DNA of 64,000 nucleotides. Source: an uncultured Gemmatimonadaceae bacterium (GTDB taxonomy: Bacteria; Gemmatimonadota; Gemmatimonadetes; Gemmatimonadales; Gemmatimonadaceae). The DNA lies in contig CAWHHI010000016.1 in NCBI GenBank assembly GCA_963829055.1, positions 224,001 to 288,000 of the forward strand, written 5' to 3'. Positions 42,545 through 55,521 of the stretch are shown here, piece by piece; the stretch's first letter is position 1; each line of letters opens with the position of its first letter. A model generated the notes under the pieces. That model did no database searches, was not told the origin of the DNA, and was given only the letters and a program-made list of their open reading frames with translations. A program made the translations under genes and the position numbers.

Positions 42545-43933
42545 CTAACGGGACGCGCCGGCCGCCGCCCGCCCGAGCGGCGTATCGCCGCCGGTGGCCG
42601 GCGGCGCATTGGCGGCCGTGGCCGAGATGACGACGCTATGCTGGAACGCGCACAGGTACGATCCCGGGAATTGCTCCGAGTGTTGCATCTGCTGCGGATC
42701 GGGTTCCACCTCGAGCGTCGCGGCGTACAGGATGCCGTCGATGTCCTCGATGTTGCCACGGCCCATCCAGAGACCGACGAGGTAGGTCCCGGGCTTGAGA
42801 CGCACGTCGTCCAGCGCGAAATCCACGCGCGCTTCATCGCCTGCGTGCATCGACACGAATCGGCCTTGCATCGCGGTGTTCGCGTCCACGAGGCGATAGC
42901 CGCTCGCGTCGTAGATCGTGATGCCAACATTGGCACTCTCGACCGCCGCCGTCGCCACGATTCGTGTCTCGATGCGGAGCCGACTTCCGGGGCACATCAT
43001 CTCGCGCGTCGTTCCGTCACGACGCTCGGGCACGAAGCGCAGCGATACGAACCTCGCTTTGCCCGACCCGAAATGCTCCGCGCTCGACAGGTCGCTCGTC
43101 TCCGTCGGCGCGGCCGCGAGCGTCGCCTGATAGCGCGCCGCGACGCTCATGGGATCGGAGTCGAGCAGGAGACGGCCGGCATCGAGCAGTAGCGCCCGAG
43201 AGCATAACGAGACGACGGCGCCCATGTTGTGGCTCACGAAAAGCACGGTGCGGCCATGTCGCGCGACCGTTCCCATCTTGCCGAGGCACTTCTTCTGGAA
43301 GGCGGCGTCGCCCACGGCGAGGACTTCGTCGACGACGAGAATATCGGGCTCGAGGTGCGCTGCGACGGAGAACGCCAGCCGCATGTACATGCCGCTCGAG
43401 TAATGCTTCACCTGCGTATCGATGAACCGCTCCACCTCGGCGAAGTCCACGATCTCGTCGAACTTCGACGCGATTTCCGTGCGTCGCATGCCGAGAATGG
43501 CACCGCTCAGGAAGACGTTCTCACGGCCGGTGAGGTCGGGATGGAAGCCCGTTCCTACCTCGAGGAGCGAGCCGACTCGCCCCTCGAGGTCGATGGTGCC
43601 AGTGGTGGGCTCGACGATGCGCGACAGGATCTTGAGCAGCGTGCTCTTGCCGGACCCGTTGCGACCGATGATGCCTACGACCTCGCCGTGGGCGACGTCG
43701 AACGAGACATCGGTGAGCGCCCAGAAGCGCTCGTTGGGCGTCCGCGGGCCCCGGCGTCCGAAACTCTGCGCAGCGCCGCGCATCCCATCGACCAGCGCCT
43801 CGCGGATCGTGCGATACCTCGCTCGGGAGCCGAGTTGATACTGCTTGCCCAACCCAGAGACACGGATCGCGGGACCTTCCGCATCGTTGTGGGGGGGCAA
43901 AGTCATTCGCGTGTCTGTCGGATCAGACGACAT
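42545..43933 (-). CDS. wzt: Polysaccharide ABC transporter ATP-binding subunit with C-terminal Wzt_C domain (start 43906 or 43933)
   Basis: GRNGSGKST, LEVGTGFHP, YSSGMYMRLAF, DEVLAVGD, VSH; ~170 aa C-terminal extension. Confidence 0.92.
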   Translation of the reverse strand: MSSDPTDTRMTLPPHNDAEGPAIRVSGLGKQYQLGSRARYRTIREALVDGMRGAAQSFGRRGPRTPNERFWALTDVSFDVAHGEVVGIIGRNGSGKSTLLKILSRIVEPTTGTIDLEGRVGSLLEVGTGFHPDLTGRENVFLSGAILGMRRTEIASKFDEIVDFAEVERFIDTQVKHYSSGMYMRLAFSVAAHLEPDILVVDEVLAVGDAAFQKKCLGKMGTVARHGRTVLFVSHNMGAVVSLCSRALLLDAGRLLLDSDPMSVAARYQATLAAAPTETSDLSSAEHFGSGKARFVSLRFVPERRDGTTREMMCPGSRLRIETRIVATAAVESANVGITIYDASGYRLVDANTAMQGRFVSMHAGDEARVDFALDDVRLKPGTYLVGLWMGRGNIEDIDGILYAATLEVEPDPQQMQHSEQFPGSYLCAFQHSVVISATAANAPPATGGDTPLGRAAAGASR

Positions 43934-44772
43934 CGGCGAACGTGCGCTCCATGCGGCGGAAGAAGAACGCGCCTCCAATGAGCAGCGCGACGGCGGCGAG
44001 CGCCGACACCAGCACCATCGGTCCTGGTCGCGTGGCGGTGCCCAGGAGCGCCCAGCGGAACCCTTCCACGACGCCCACCATCGGGTTGAGCGCGTAAACT
44101 ACGCGCCATTTTTCGGGTAGGAGGCTGCTCGGGTATGCGATGGGAGTCGCGAACATCCAGAGCTGGGTCAGGAACGGAACGACGTGGCGGACGTCGCGGA
44201 ACTCGACGTTCAGGGCCGAGAGCCAGAGCCCAACGCCTAGCGCCGTAATGAACGCGAGCGCGGCGAAGAACGGGAGCCACACGACCTGAACCGTGGGCGT
44301 GACGCCGTACCACCACATGAGCCCGAACAGCACGGGAAACGCGAGTGCGAAGTCGACCAGGCCCGCGAGGACCGTCGCGAGCGGAATCGTGAGGCGCGGG
44401 AAGTAGACCTTCGTGATCAGGTTCGCGCTGCCCACGAGGCTATTCGAGGCCATAGTCAGGCCGGTCGCGAAGAACGTCCACGGCACGAGCGCGGTGTAGG
44501 CGAACAGCGAGTACGGCACGCCATCCGAGGGCACCTTGGCGAGGCGCCCAAAAAACAGCGCGAATACGAGCATCGTCAGCAGCGGCTGGAGCACCGCCCA
44601 GGCGACCCCGAGTACGGTCTGCTTGTAGCGAACCTTGAGGTCTCGCCAGACGAGGAAGAACAGCAGCTCGCGGTAGGCGAAGACCTCACTCAGGCGCAGG
44701 GCTACCCAACCACGGGTAGGCTCGAATGCGCAGCGTGTGCGGCGTGTGCGGCCGAATCGATGTGTGGGTCAC
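43923..44772 (-). CDS. wzm: Polysaccharide ABC transporter permease (frameshift near 44725)
   Basis: YRELLFFLVWRDLKVRYKQTVLGVAWAVLQPL upstream of the track ORF; LITKVYFPR and LNPM motifs. Confidence 0.9.
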
Positions 44773-44816
44773 CGTCGGCGCGGGATCGCAAGCGTCGTAC
44801 CGGATGAGCCAGAAGC

Positions 44817-44872
44817 GGGAATAGGGAATCGGCAATAGGGAATCGAATAGCGGGAACAGGGAACGGGGAACC
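44817..44872 (+). repeat. GGGAAT/GGGAAC heptamer array (8 units in register)
   Basis: GGGAATA GGGAATC GGCAATA GGGAATC GAATAGC GGGAACA GGGAACG GGGAACC. Confidence 0.8.
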
Positions 44873-44953
44873 GAGGACTTCCCTGCGTTCGGGTGATGCG
44901 ACTCAGGTTCGATCGATGGCGTTCGTTGCTGCCGGGCTCCCTAGGTTCGCCCC

Positions 44954-45328
44954 ATGTCCGCGGCGCGGCAGGAATTCGGCGAGGTTGGGGAGCGGGTGGC
45001 GGAGCGGTGGCTTCGACAGCGCGGGTGGCGCGTGCTGCAACGCCGGTTTCGGAACGGCCATCGCGACATCGATCTGGTAGCGGAGAAGGACGGGACGGTG
45101 GCCTTCGTCGAGGTGAAGGCGCGTCGCGGATATCAGTTCGGCGATCCAGTCGAGGCGGTGCACTGGCGGAAGCAGCGGGAGTTGGCCCGGTCGGCGGCGG
45201 TCTGGATCGACCGGCACGGGCGCCCGAACGACAGCTATCGCTTCGACGTGATCGGGGTGCTGATGGAGGGGAACTCGGTTCGCGTCAAGCACGTAGAAAA
45301 CGCCTTCATGGTGCGCTCGCGCGCTTGA
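44954..45328 (+). CDS. yraN: YraN family putative endonuclease
   Basis: GEVGE, IDLVA, FVEVKAR and RFDVI motifs. Confidence 0.92.
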   Translation: MSAARQEFGEVGERVAERWLRQRGWRVLQRRFRNGHRDIDLVAEKDGTVAFVEVKARRGYQFGDPVEAVHWRKQRELARSAAVWIDRHGRPNDSYRFDVIGVLMEGNSVRVKHVENAFMVRSRA

Positions 45329-45436
45329 GTTTTCGTGGTTCTCTTCGTATTTTCTTCGGGTATCGGATGGCTCCCCTCGCGGCGTAGATTCTGGGCCGTG
45401 GCCAGAGCGTCAAACGTCAACACAATGGGTGGATGA

Positions 45437-46483
45437 ATGGCTACTGCTGCGCAGCAAGACGATCGGAAGAAGGCGTTGAATCTGGCCATCGCGCAGATCG
45501 AGAAGAGTTGCGGCAAGGGATCCATCATGAAGATGGGCGCCGAATCGGCGCGCGTTCGCATTGATGCGATCCCGACGGGCGCGATCAATCTCGATGCGGC
45601 GATCGGTATTGGTGGAATTCCTCGCGGTCGTGTCACTGAGATATACGGCCCCGAGTCCAGCGGTAAGACGACGTTGTGCTTACACGTCGTTGCGAATGCA
45701 CAGAAGGCGGGCGGTGTTGCCGCGTTCATCGATGCCGAGCATGCGCTCGATATCGATTATGCGAAGAAGCTCGGCGTGGATGTCGAGAGTCTCCTCGTCT
45801 CGCAGCCCGATACGGGCGAGCAGGCGCTGGAGATCTGTGAGATCCTCGTGCGCTCGGGCGCTATCGACGTCGTCGTGATCGACTCGGTTGCCGCGCTGGT
45901 GCCGAAGGCGGAAATCGAAGGCGAGATGGGTGAGTCGCATATGGGCTTGCAGGCGCGGCTCATGAGCCAGGCGCTGCGCAAGCTCACTGGCTCGATCGCT
46001 CGGTCCAAGACGTCCGTCATCTTCATCAACCAGTTGCGTGAGAAGATCGGCGTGATGTTCGGCAATCCCGAGACGACCACCGGTGGTAAGGCGCTCAAGT
46101 TCTATGCGTCGGTGCGTCTCGACATTCGCCGCATCGGTCCGGTGAAGGAGAAGGAGGACGTCATCGGGTCGCACGTGCGCGTGAAGGTCGTGAAGAACAA
46201 GGTGGCGCCGCCGTTCAAGCAGGCCGAGTTCGATATCATGTACGCCGAGGGAATCAGCCACGCGAGCCTGGTGCTCGACATTGCTGCCGAGGCGGGGATC
46301 ATCGACAAGGCTGGTGCGTGGTATAGCTACGGCACGCAGCGTATTGGGCAGGGCCGAGAGAACGCGAAGATGTATCTGAAGGACAACCCGGTGCTGATGG
46401 CTGAAGTCGAGGAGAAGGTGAAGGGCATTCTCGGCATGAAGGCGGATACGCAGGTCGATCCGGACGTCGTGGTCGACGACTGA
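45437..46483 (+). CDS. recA: Recombinase RecA
   Basis: [31 protein letters not shown] and KNKVAPPF motifs. Confidence 0.99.
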   Translation: MATAAQQDDRKKALNLAIAQIEKSCGKGSIMKMGAESARVRIDAIPTGAINLDAAIGIGGIPRGRVTEIYGPESSGKTTLCLHVVANAQKAGGVAAFIDAEHALDIDYAKKLGVDVESLLVSQPDTGEQALEICEILVRSGAIDVVVIDSVAALVPKAEIEGEMGESHMGLQARLMSQALRKLTGSIARSKTSVIFINQLREKIGVMFGNPETTTGGKALKFYASVRLDIRRIGPVKEKEDVIGSHVRVKVVKNKVAPPFKQAEFDIMYAEGISHASLVLDIAAEAGIIDKAGAWYSYGTQRIGQGRENAKMYLKDNPVLMAEVEEKVKGILGMKADTQVDPDVVVDD

Positions 46484-46509
46484 GCGAAGTAGCACTCGCT
46501 CCGGAGTTC

Positions 46510-46590
46510 GAGCCGGAGGGTCGTTCTTTGGATGAGTCGGTGCCCGGATCACCGTCGCGTTCAGAGGGCAATCCTCCGGCTCTTTCCTTT
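46510..46590 (+). terminator. Long hairpin with U-rich tail downstream of recA
   Basis: 25-bp stem 46510-46534/46558-46582 followed by TTTCCTTT. Confidence 0.7.
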
Positions 46591-46593
46591 GGT

Positions 46594-46712
46594 GTCATCC
46601 CGAGCAGACCGCGAGGGATCTTCTCGAACGTTCTTGTGGCCTGGCTGGCCACGATGAAATCACATGAGATCCCTCATCTGCCCGCTGCGCGGGCTCCCGC
46701 GCTCGGGATGAC
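46594..46712. repeat. REP-like nested palindromic element (GTCATCCCGAGC...GCTCGGGATGAC)
   Basis: Perfect 12-bp terminal inverted repeat plus inner GAGGGATCT/AGATCCCTC pair. Confidence 0.75.
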
Positions 46713-46726
46713 CAGCAGACGTAGCC

Positions 46727-50397
<3,671 letters not shown>

Positions 50398-50421
50398 GGA
50401 CGGGGACGTGAGCGTGCGCTC

Positions 50422-50751
50422 GTGACGGAGCACCAGCCAGTGTCCGCCTGGCTGCGCGCGCGCACGCCCGTGCCGCCGCCGCAGCTCATTGCGCGCATCG
50501 AGGCGATGACGGCCGGGGTCGCCGGCCGCGATGCCTCCGCCGACGTGTTCCTCGCAGCCGCCGAAGCGGCGATGGGCGGGTTGCTGCGCGACGGGTGCCT
50601 AACGCGCGAGAGCGCGCTCGACCTGCTCGCCATTGACGCCCTCGTCACGTACGCGTTCGAGGCTGCGGCGGATGACCCGGAACGCCTCGAAGACCGCGCG
50701 GCACGCGCGCTGTCACGCGTGTCGGCCCTCGCTGCGCCGTATCCGGCGTGA
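50422..50751 (+). CDS. Hypothetical protein
   Basis: 109-aa ORF filling the gap, stop overlapping next start; RESALDLLAIDALVTYAFE looks like a conserved helix. Confidence 0.65.
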   Translation: MTEHQPVSAWLRARTPVPPPQLIARIEAMTAGVAGRDASADVFLAAAEAAMGGLLRDGCLTRESALDLLAIDALVTYAFEAAADDPERLEDRAARALSRVSALAAPYPA

Positions 50752-51488
50752 GCGTGCGGACGCCGGCTCGGCTCCCATTCGACCGGCGCGGCGGGCTCAT
50801 CGTGCTCGTCGATCCCGGCCGGTCGACGCCGGATGACGCGTTAGGCCTCGCGACCCGAGCGGCGACGTCGGACGCGTGCGGGTTTCTCATCGGCGACAGC
50901 CTCGGGGGCGGCGCGAATCTGGCCGCGCATGTCGCGGCGATGCGCGCGGGTGCACCCGGCTTGCCGATTGTGCAGTTCCCGGCTTCCGCCGCGGAGCTCA
51001 GCGCTGATGTGGACGCCGTGCTGTTTCTCGCGCTGCTGTCAGGAAGAAATCCACGGTACCTCATCGACGAGCAGGTGCGTGCGGTGCCGTTCTTCGTTCG
51101 GCACCCCGAGGTGGCCGCGATCAGTACCGCGTATCTGCTCGTGGAAGGTGGCCGAACGAGCTCGGTGGAGCAGGCGACTCGCACGCAGCCGCTCGCGGCG
51201 GATGCGCCCGACGTAGTTGCTGCACACGTCAGGGCCGCGCAGCTCATGGGCATGTACGCGACGTATCTCGAGGCAGGCAGCGGCGCCGCGAGGCCCGTCT
51301 CGGCACACGTGATCGCGGCCGCTCGCGAGGCGACCGACGGACCGCTGCTCGTCGGAGGCGGCATCACGAGCGCCACCGCGGCGCGGGAAGCGCGCGATGC
51401 GGGCGCCGACTACGTCGTGATCGGGACACTCTTCGAGCGCGTCCCGTCGGTCGCCGTCCAGCCACTCGCCAGCGCCGCCCGCGCGTGA
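50748..51488 (+). CDS. Geranylgeranylglyceryl/heptaprenylglyceryl phosphate synthase family (GGGPS/PcrB)
   Basis: LVDP, FLALLSGRNPRYLI, TAYLLVEGG, YLEAGSGA, VGGGI and GADYVVIGT motifs. Confidence 0.85.
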   Translation: MSVRTPARLPFDRRGGLIVLVDPGRSTPDDALGLATRAATSDACGFLIGDSLGGGANLAAHVAAMRAGAPGLPIVQFPASAAELSADVDAVLFLALLSGRNPRYLIDEQVRAVPFFVRHPEVAAISTAYLLVEGGRTSSVEQATRTQPLAADAPDVVAAHVRAAQLMGMYATYLEAGSGAARPVSAHVIAAAREATDGPLLVGGGITSATAAREARDAGADYVVIGTLFERVPSVAVQPLASAARA

Positions 51489-52240
51489 TCGACATTCACT
51501 CGCATCTGCTGCCGGGCGTCGACGACGGATCGGCGGACGTCGCGACATTTGTCGGGGTGCTGGAGCGGTTCGCGCGCCACGGACTCGAGGTGTTGGTCTG
51601 TACGCCGCATCTTGCGGCATCCGACGCGGGGCGAGCGCCGTATGAGCACCATCGCGACCTGCTGAAGACGCTCGTGGCGGCGGCGCCCCCGAAGCCGGAG
51701 TTGCGGCTCGGCTGGGAGATCATGCTCGATCGTCCCGGCTGTGACCTGAGCGCACCGGAGCTCTCGCTGGGCGGTGCGAAGGCGGTGCTCGTGGAATTTC
51801 CCCGGGCGTACCTTCCCGTGGGAACGACCGACGAGCTCGATCGCATCAGGCGCGGAGGCATCGTTCCGGTGGTTGCGCACCCGGAGCGCTACTACGGGTG
51901 CACGCTCGACACCGTGCGCGCGTGGCGCGATGCTGGAGCCGTGATCCAGACGGACGCGACGATGTTGCTGGCGCGCGGACCGATGACCGAGCTCGCGAAG
52001 TCATTGCTCGAAGCAGGGCTGATCGACTGTCTGGCGAGCGATAATCACGGCGACCGGCGTTCTCTCGCCGCGGCGCGTGTCTGGTTGGAGGAGATGGGAG
52101 CGACCGAGCATGCGCAGGTGTTGACCCATGGGAACGCCGCGCGAGTGTTGGCGGACCAACCGACGATCCCCGTTCCGCCGCTGCCACTCGCGCGCGGAAT
52201 GATCCACCGCCTGCGCGAGCTGTTGTTCGGGCGTCGATGA
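51485..52240 (+). CDS. CpsB/CapC-type PHP-family phosphatase
   Basis: MIDIHSHLLPGVDDG, TPH, AHPERY and ASDNH motifs. Confidence 0.9.
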   Translation: MIDIHSHLLPGVDDGSADVATFVGVLERFARHGLEVLVCTPHLAASDAGRAPYEHHRDLLKTLVAAAPPKPELRLGWEIMLDRPGCDLSAPELSLGGAKAVLVEFPRAYLPVGTTDELDRIRRGGIVPVVAHPERYYGCTLDTVRAWRDAGAVIQTDATMLLARGPMTELAKSLLEAGLIDCLASDNHGDRRSLAAARVWLEEMGATEHAQVLTHGNAARVLADQPTIPVPPLPLARGMIHRLRELLFGRR

Positions 52241-52282
52241 CAAATACGACAGCTACGGACCGCTTCGACGAGGAGGATCACG

Positions 52283-52853
52283 ATGAGAGAGCAGATCGTG
52301 CAGCGCCTTCGCGACCTGGCGGCGACCGCGACCGATGCCGCGGAGCGGATCGGCCCCGACGCGGAGCGGGCGGGTACGATGATGCGCGACGTCGTGCGCC
52401 GCGGCGGGACGCTGTTCTTCTGCGGAAACGGTGGGAGCGCTGCCGACGCGCAGCACATGGCGACGGAGTACGTCGTGCGGTACATGAAGAACCGGCGGCC
52501 GCTGGCGGCTGTTGCGCTCACAACGGACACGTCACTGCTCACGGCGATGGGAAACGACTTCGGGTTCGATGAGATCTTCTCGCGTCAGGTGGACGCGCTC
52601 GTGACCGATCGCGATCTGCTCATCATCCACTCGACGAGTGGCAACTCGCCTAACGTGGTCAAGGCGGCCGAGGCGGCGCGCCGCAAGGGTGCGGGCGTCG
52701 TGGCATTCTCATCGCGCGACGGTGGGGCACTGCGCGCCGATCGCCGATCATTCGGTGATCGTGCCGACGGACCGCACGGACCGCGCACAGGAGATCCACC
52801 TCTGCATCGAGCACGCGATCTGCGAAGTGATCGAAGCGGGGCTCGACTCATGA
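52283..52853 (+). CDS. gmhA: D-sedoheptulose-7-phosphate isomerase (SIS; frameshift near 52737)
   Basis: CGNGGSAADAQH, NDFGFDEIFSRQV, STSGNSPNV, then QEIHLCIEH in a shifted frame. Confidence 0.88.
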
Positions 52854-53603
52854 TCTCTCTCCGTGGAAGGCGTGCGCTCGTGACTGGCGGCTCGCGCGGC
52901 ATTGGTGCGGCGACGGCACTCTTGCTCGCGGAGTGTGGTGCGGACGTCGGTATCGGGTACCGGTCGCGTCAGCCGGAGGCCGACGGAGATCGTGCAGCGA
53001 CTCGCGAGCCGGGGTGTCAAAGCATTCGCGCACGCGGCCGATCTGTCGGGCCTAGCCGGGACCGCATCGCTCTTCGAGCGCGCAGAGCGTGAGTTCGGCG
53101 GTCTCGACATCTTCGTCGGCAACGCCGGAATCTGGCCGCCGCAGGACGTCGCGCTGGCGGAGATGACCGACGAGCACTGGCGACGCACGATGAGCGAAAA
53201 CGTCGACGCGATGTTCTACACGACGCGCGCGGCGGCCCGCATGCTGGAGCGTGGCGGTCGCATCGTGCTCGTGTCGAGCACCGCGGGTCAGCGCGGTGAA
53301 GCGTACCACGCCGACTACGCGGCGTCCAAAGGCGCGATGATCTCGCTCGTGAAGTCGGTCGCCGTGGAACTCGGCGGACGAGACATCACCGTCAACGCGG
53401 TCGCACCGGGCTGGGTGGACACGGAGATGGTGGCCGACGCGATAGGCGACCGCCGCGAGGCGATCGCGGCCGCCATTCCCATCGGGCGTGTAGCAACGCC
53501 CAAGGACATCGCCGGCCCGATCGTGTTCCTATGCTCGGAGCACGCTCGTCACATCACCGGCGAGATCTTGAACGTGAACGGCGGCAGCGTCCTGTGTGGC
53601 TGA
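52850..53603 (+). CDS. SDR oxidoreductase (FabG-like; frameshift near 52985)
   Basis: TGGSRGIG, NAG, YAASK, VNAVAPG and ITGEILNVNGG motifs. Confidence 0.88.
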
Positions 53604-53638
53604 TCGTGTCGCACGGCGCGTTAGGCGCGCCAGGCCTG

Positions 53639-54073
53639 TTATCCGGCGGTCGTATTCGCCGTGCTCACGCTACCCGACGAGCTCAGCTGCCAACGCTGGA
53701 AGCAGTTCCACCCGAACTCGTCCGCGGCGCGGATCTGATCAGGGAACCCGAAGCAGTCCACCCACCCTTCCTGCTCGGCCCGCCAGCGGCAGTCCCAGGC
53801 GAACTCGATGACGCGAGACTCGCCGTTGCCTTCGACGACAAGCGTCCCAACGAAATCCGAGCAGCCCGACCGGCCGTCAATGCGCAGGCGATCGACGACC
53901 CATTCGGGGTGCGCGTGGAGCAGCTGGTTGATGAGGCGGATCACCTTGATGCGCGGAACTGGCCGCATCAGGGTGATCGAGGGCGCTTCAGTGCGCTTGG
54001 CGAACGCGACGACATCGGCTTTGAAACGTTCGGTCGCGAACGAACGCTCGATGATCTGGGTGTCTATCGGCAC
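53639..54073 (-). CDS. Hypothetical protein
   Basis: 144-aa ORF with aromatic/Cys motifs (SGCSDF, WDCRW, WVDCFGFPDQ) and a TATATT box 6 nt before the GTG. Confidence 0.7.
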   Translation of the reverse strand: MPIDTQIIERSFATERFKADVVAFAKRTEAPSITLMRPVPRIKVIRLINQLLHAHPEWVVDRLRIDGRSGCSDFVGTLVVEGNGESRVIEFAWDCRWRAEQEGWVDCFGFPDQIRAADEFGWNCFQRWQLSSSGSVSTANTTAG

Positions 54074-54175
54074 GGGCGGAATATATCGAGATGTTCCCTG
54101 GTTTCTGGGGGTTCACGCTGCCCCGAGAAGGACGAAACTGACTGTTGGGTCGGCACACGTCCGTCGGGGCATCCC

Positions 54176-55510
54176 GTGGCTACGTTAGCCATTCCGCGCG
54201 CCGTCCGACTCATCGCCGAGCGGCTCGACAACGCAGGGTACGAGACGTGGTGCGTTGGTGGCGCCGTGAGGGACGCCATGCTCGGCCATCCGCACCTCGA
54301 TTGGGATCTCGCGACCGCGGCGACGCCGCAGCAAGTTCAGAAGGTCTTCCGCCGTACGGTCCCGGTCGGTATCGACTTCGGTACGGTTGGCGTGCTGGAC
54401 GATGCCGGGGTCATGCACGAGGTAACGACCTTCCGTCGTGACGTCGACACGGACGGGCGCCACGCGGTGGTCGAGTTCGGCGCGTCGCTCGACGACGACC
54501 TGGCGCGCCGCGACCTCACGATCAACGCGATCGCCGTGTCGCCCAAGACCGGGGAGATCCGTGATCCGTTCGGCGGACAGCTCGATCTCGAGCGTCGGAT
54601 CGTGCGGGCCGTCGGCGCTCCGGACGAGCGTATGCGCGAGGATCGGCTGCGCGCGCTGCGGGCGATCCGGTTCGCGTCGCGTCTCGATTTCTCGATCGAG
54701 CCGACGACGTGGGAGGCGATCGCGCGGAGTGCGCCGCATCTGTCTCGTCTCTCGCGCGAACGCGTCAAGCAGGAGATCGAGAAGACGATGGAGCAGGTGC
54801 GCTGCCCGAGCCGAGCGTTCGCCATGTGGCGATCGAGCGGAGCGCTCGCGTCGCTCGTACCGCCGCTCGCCAACCAGCCCGAGATCGCGTTTGCGGCGGC
54901 GGACCACGTGCCGTTGCCGGGCGCTACGCGGCGGCCGGATCGAGTCGATGCTCGCCGCATCCACCGTTTGCTTTCGCTCTTTCTCGATTTGCCCGCGGCT
55001 ACCGTTCGGTCGGCGTTGCACGACCTGCGGTTCTCGAACGCCGACGTGCGGAACATGTCGAAGCTCGCCGAGCACTGGGTCGGGCTGTTCACTCGCGTAA
55101 CGGACATGCTCGGCCAGGTCGGGCCGCCTGACGACGCCGTCATTCGGCGCTGGGCCGCCACGACCGGGAGGACGCAGCTCGCTGCGTTTCTGCGCCTCGC
55201 GGAAGCCCGGTGGGCCGCCATGCGGGCGGCGGGCGAGCGCGCACCAACGCGCGAGCGCGCGGGAAGCGTGTATCGTCGCGCGCTGCGGATCGCGTATCGC
55301 GATCCGATCGAGCTCGCGGATCTGCAGGTCGATGGGGAGGACCTGCAGCGTGAGGGAATCGCGCGCGGCCCCGCGCTCGGTAAGATTCTACGCGCGCTGC
55401 TGGACTGGGTCGTGGACGATCCAGCGCGCAACACGCGAGAGACGCTCATGGGTCGCGCCGCGCAATTCGCGCGCGACAGCGAGCGCGCACCGAGCGACGC
55501 GCAACGTTAG
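54176..55510 (+). CDS. CCA tRNA nucleotidyltransferase / poly(A) polymerase family
   Basis: VGGAVRD, DWDLAT, EVTTFR, DLARRDLTINA and EDRLRALR motifs. Confidence 0.92.
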   Translation: MATLAIPRAVRLIAERLDNAGYETWCVGGAVRDAMLGHPHLDWDLATAATPQQVQKVFRRTVPVGIDFGTVGVLDDAGVMHEVTTFRRDVDTDGRHAVVEFGASLDDDLARRDLTINAIAVSPKTGEIRDPFGGQLDLERRIVRAVGAPDERMREDRLRALRAIRFASRLDFSIEPTTWEAIARSAPHLSRLSRERVKQEIEKTMEQVRCPSRAFAMWRSSGALASLVPPLANQPEIAFAAADHVPLPGATRRPDRVDARRIHRLLSLFLDLPAATVRSALHDLRFSNADVRNMSKLAEHWVGLFTRVTDMLGQVGPPDDAVIRRWAATTGRTQLAAFLRLAEARWAAMRAAGERAPTRERAGSVYRRALRIAYRDPIELADLQVDGEDLQREGIARGPALGKILRALLDWVVDDPARNTRETLMGRAAQFARDSERAPSDAQR

Positions 55511-55521
55511 GCCAAGCGATC

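Noticed and set aside
45398..45436. 12-codon uORF (GTG..TGA) ending directly before the recA ATG
   Set aside because: Could arise by chance; no supporting evidence without conservation or ribosome profiling
46510..46582. SRP (4.5S) RNA or tRNA identity for the long hairpin
   Set aside because: Lacks the SRP domain IV motif and a cloverleaf/TTCRA arm
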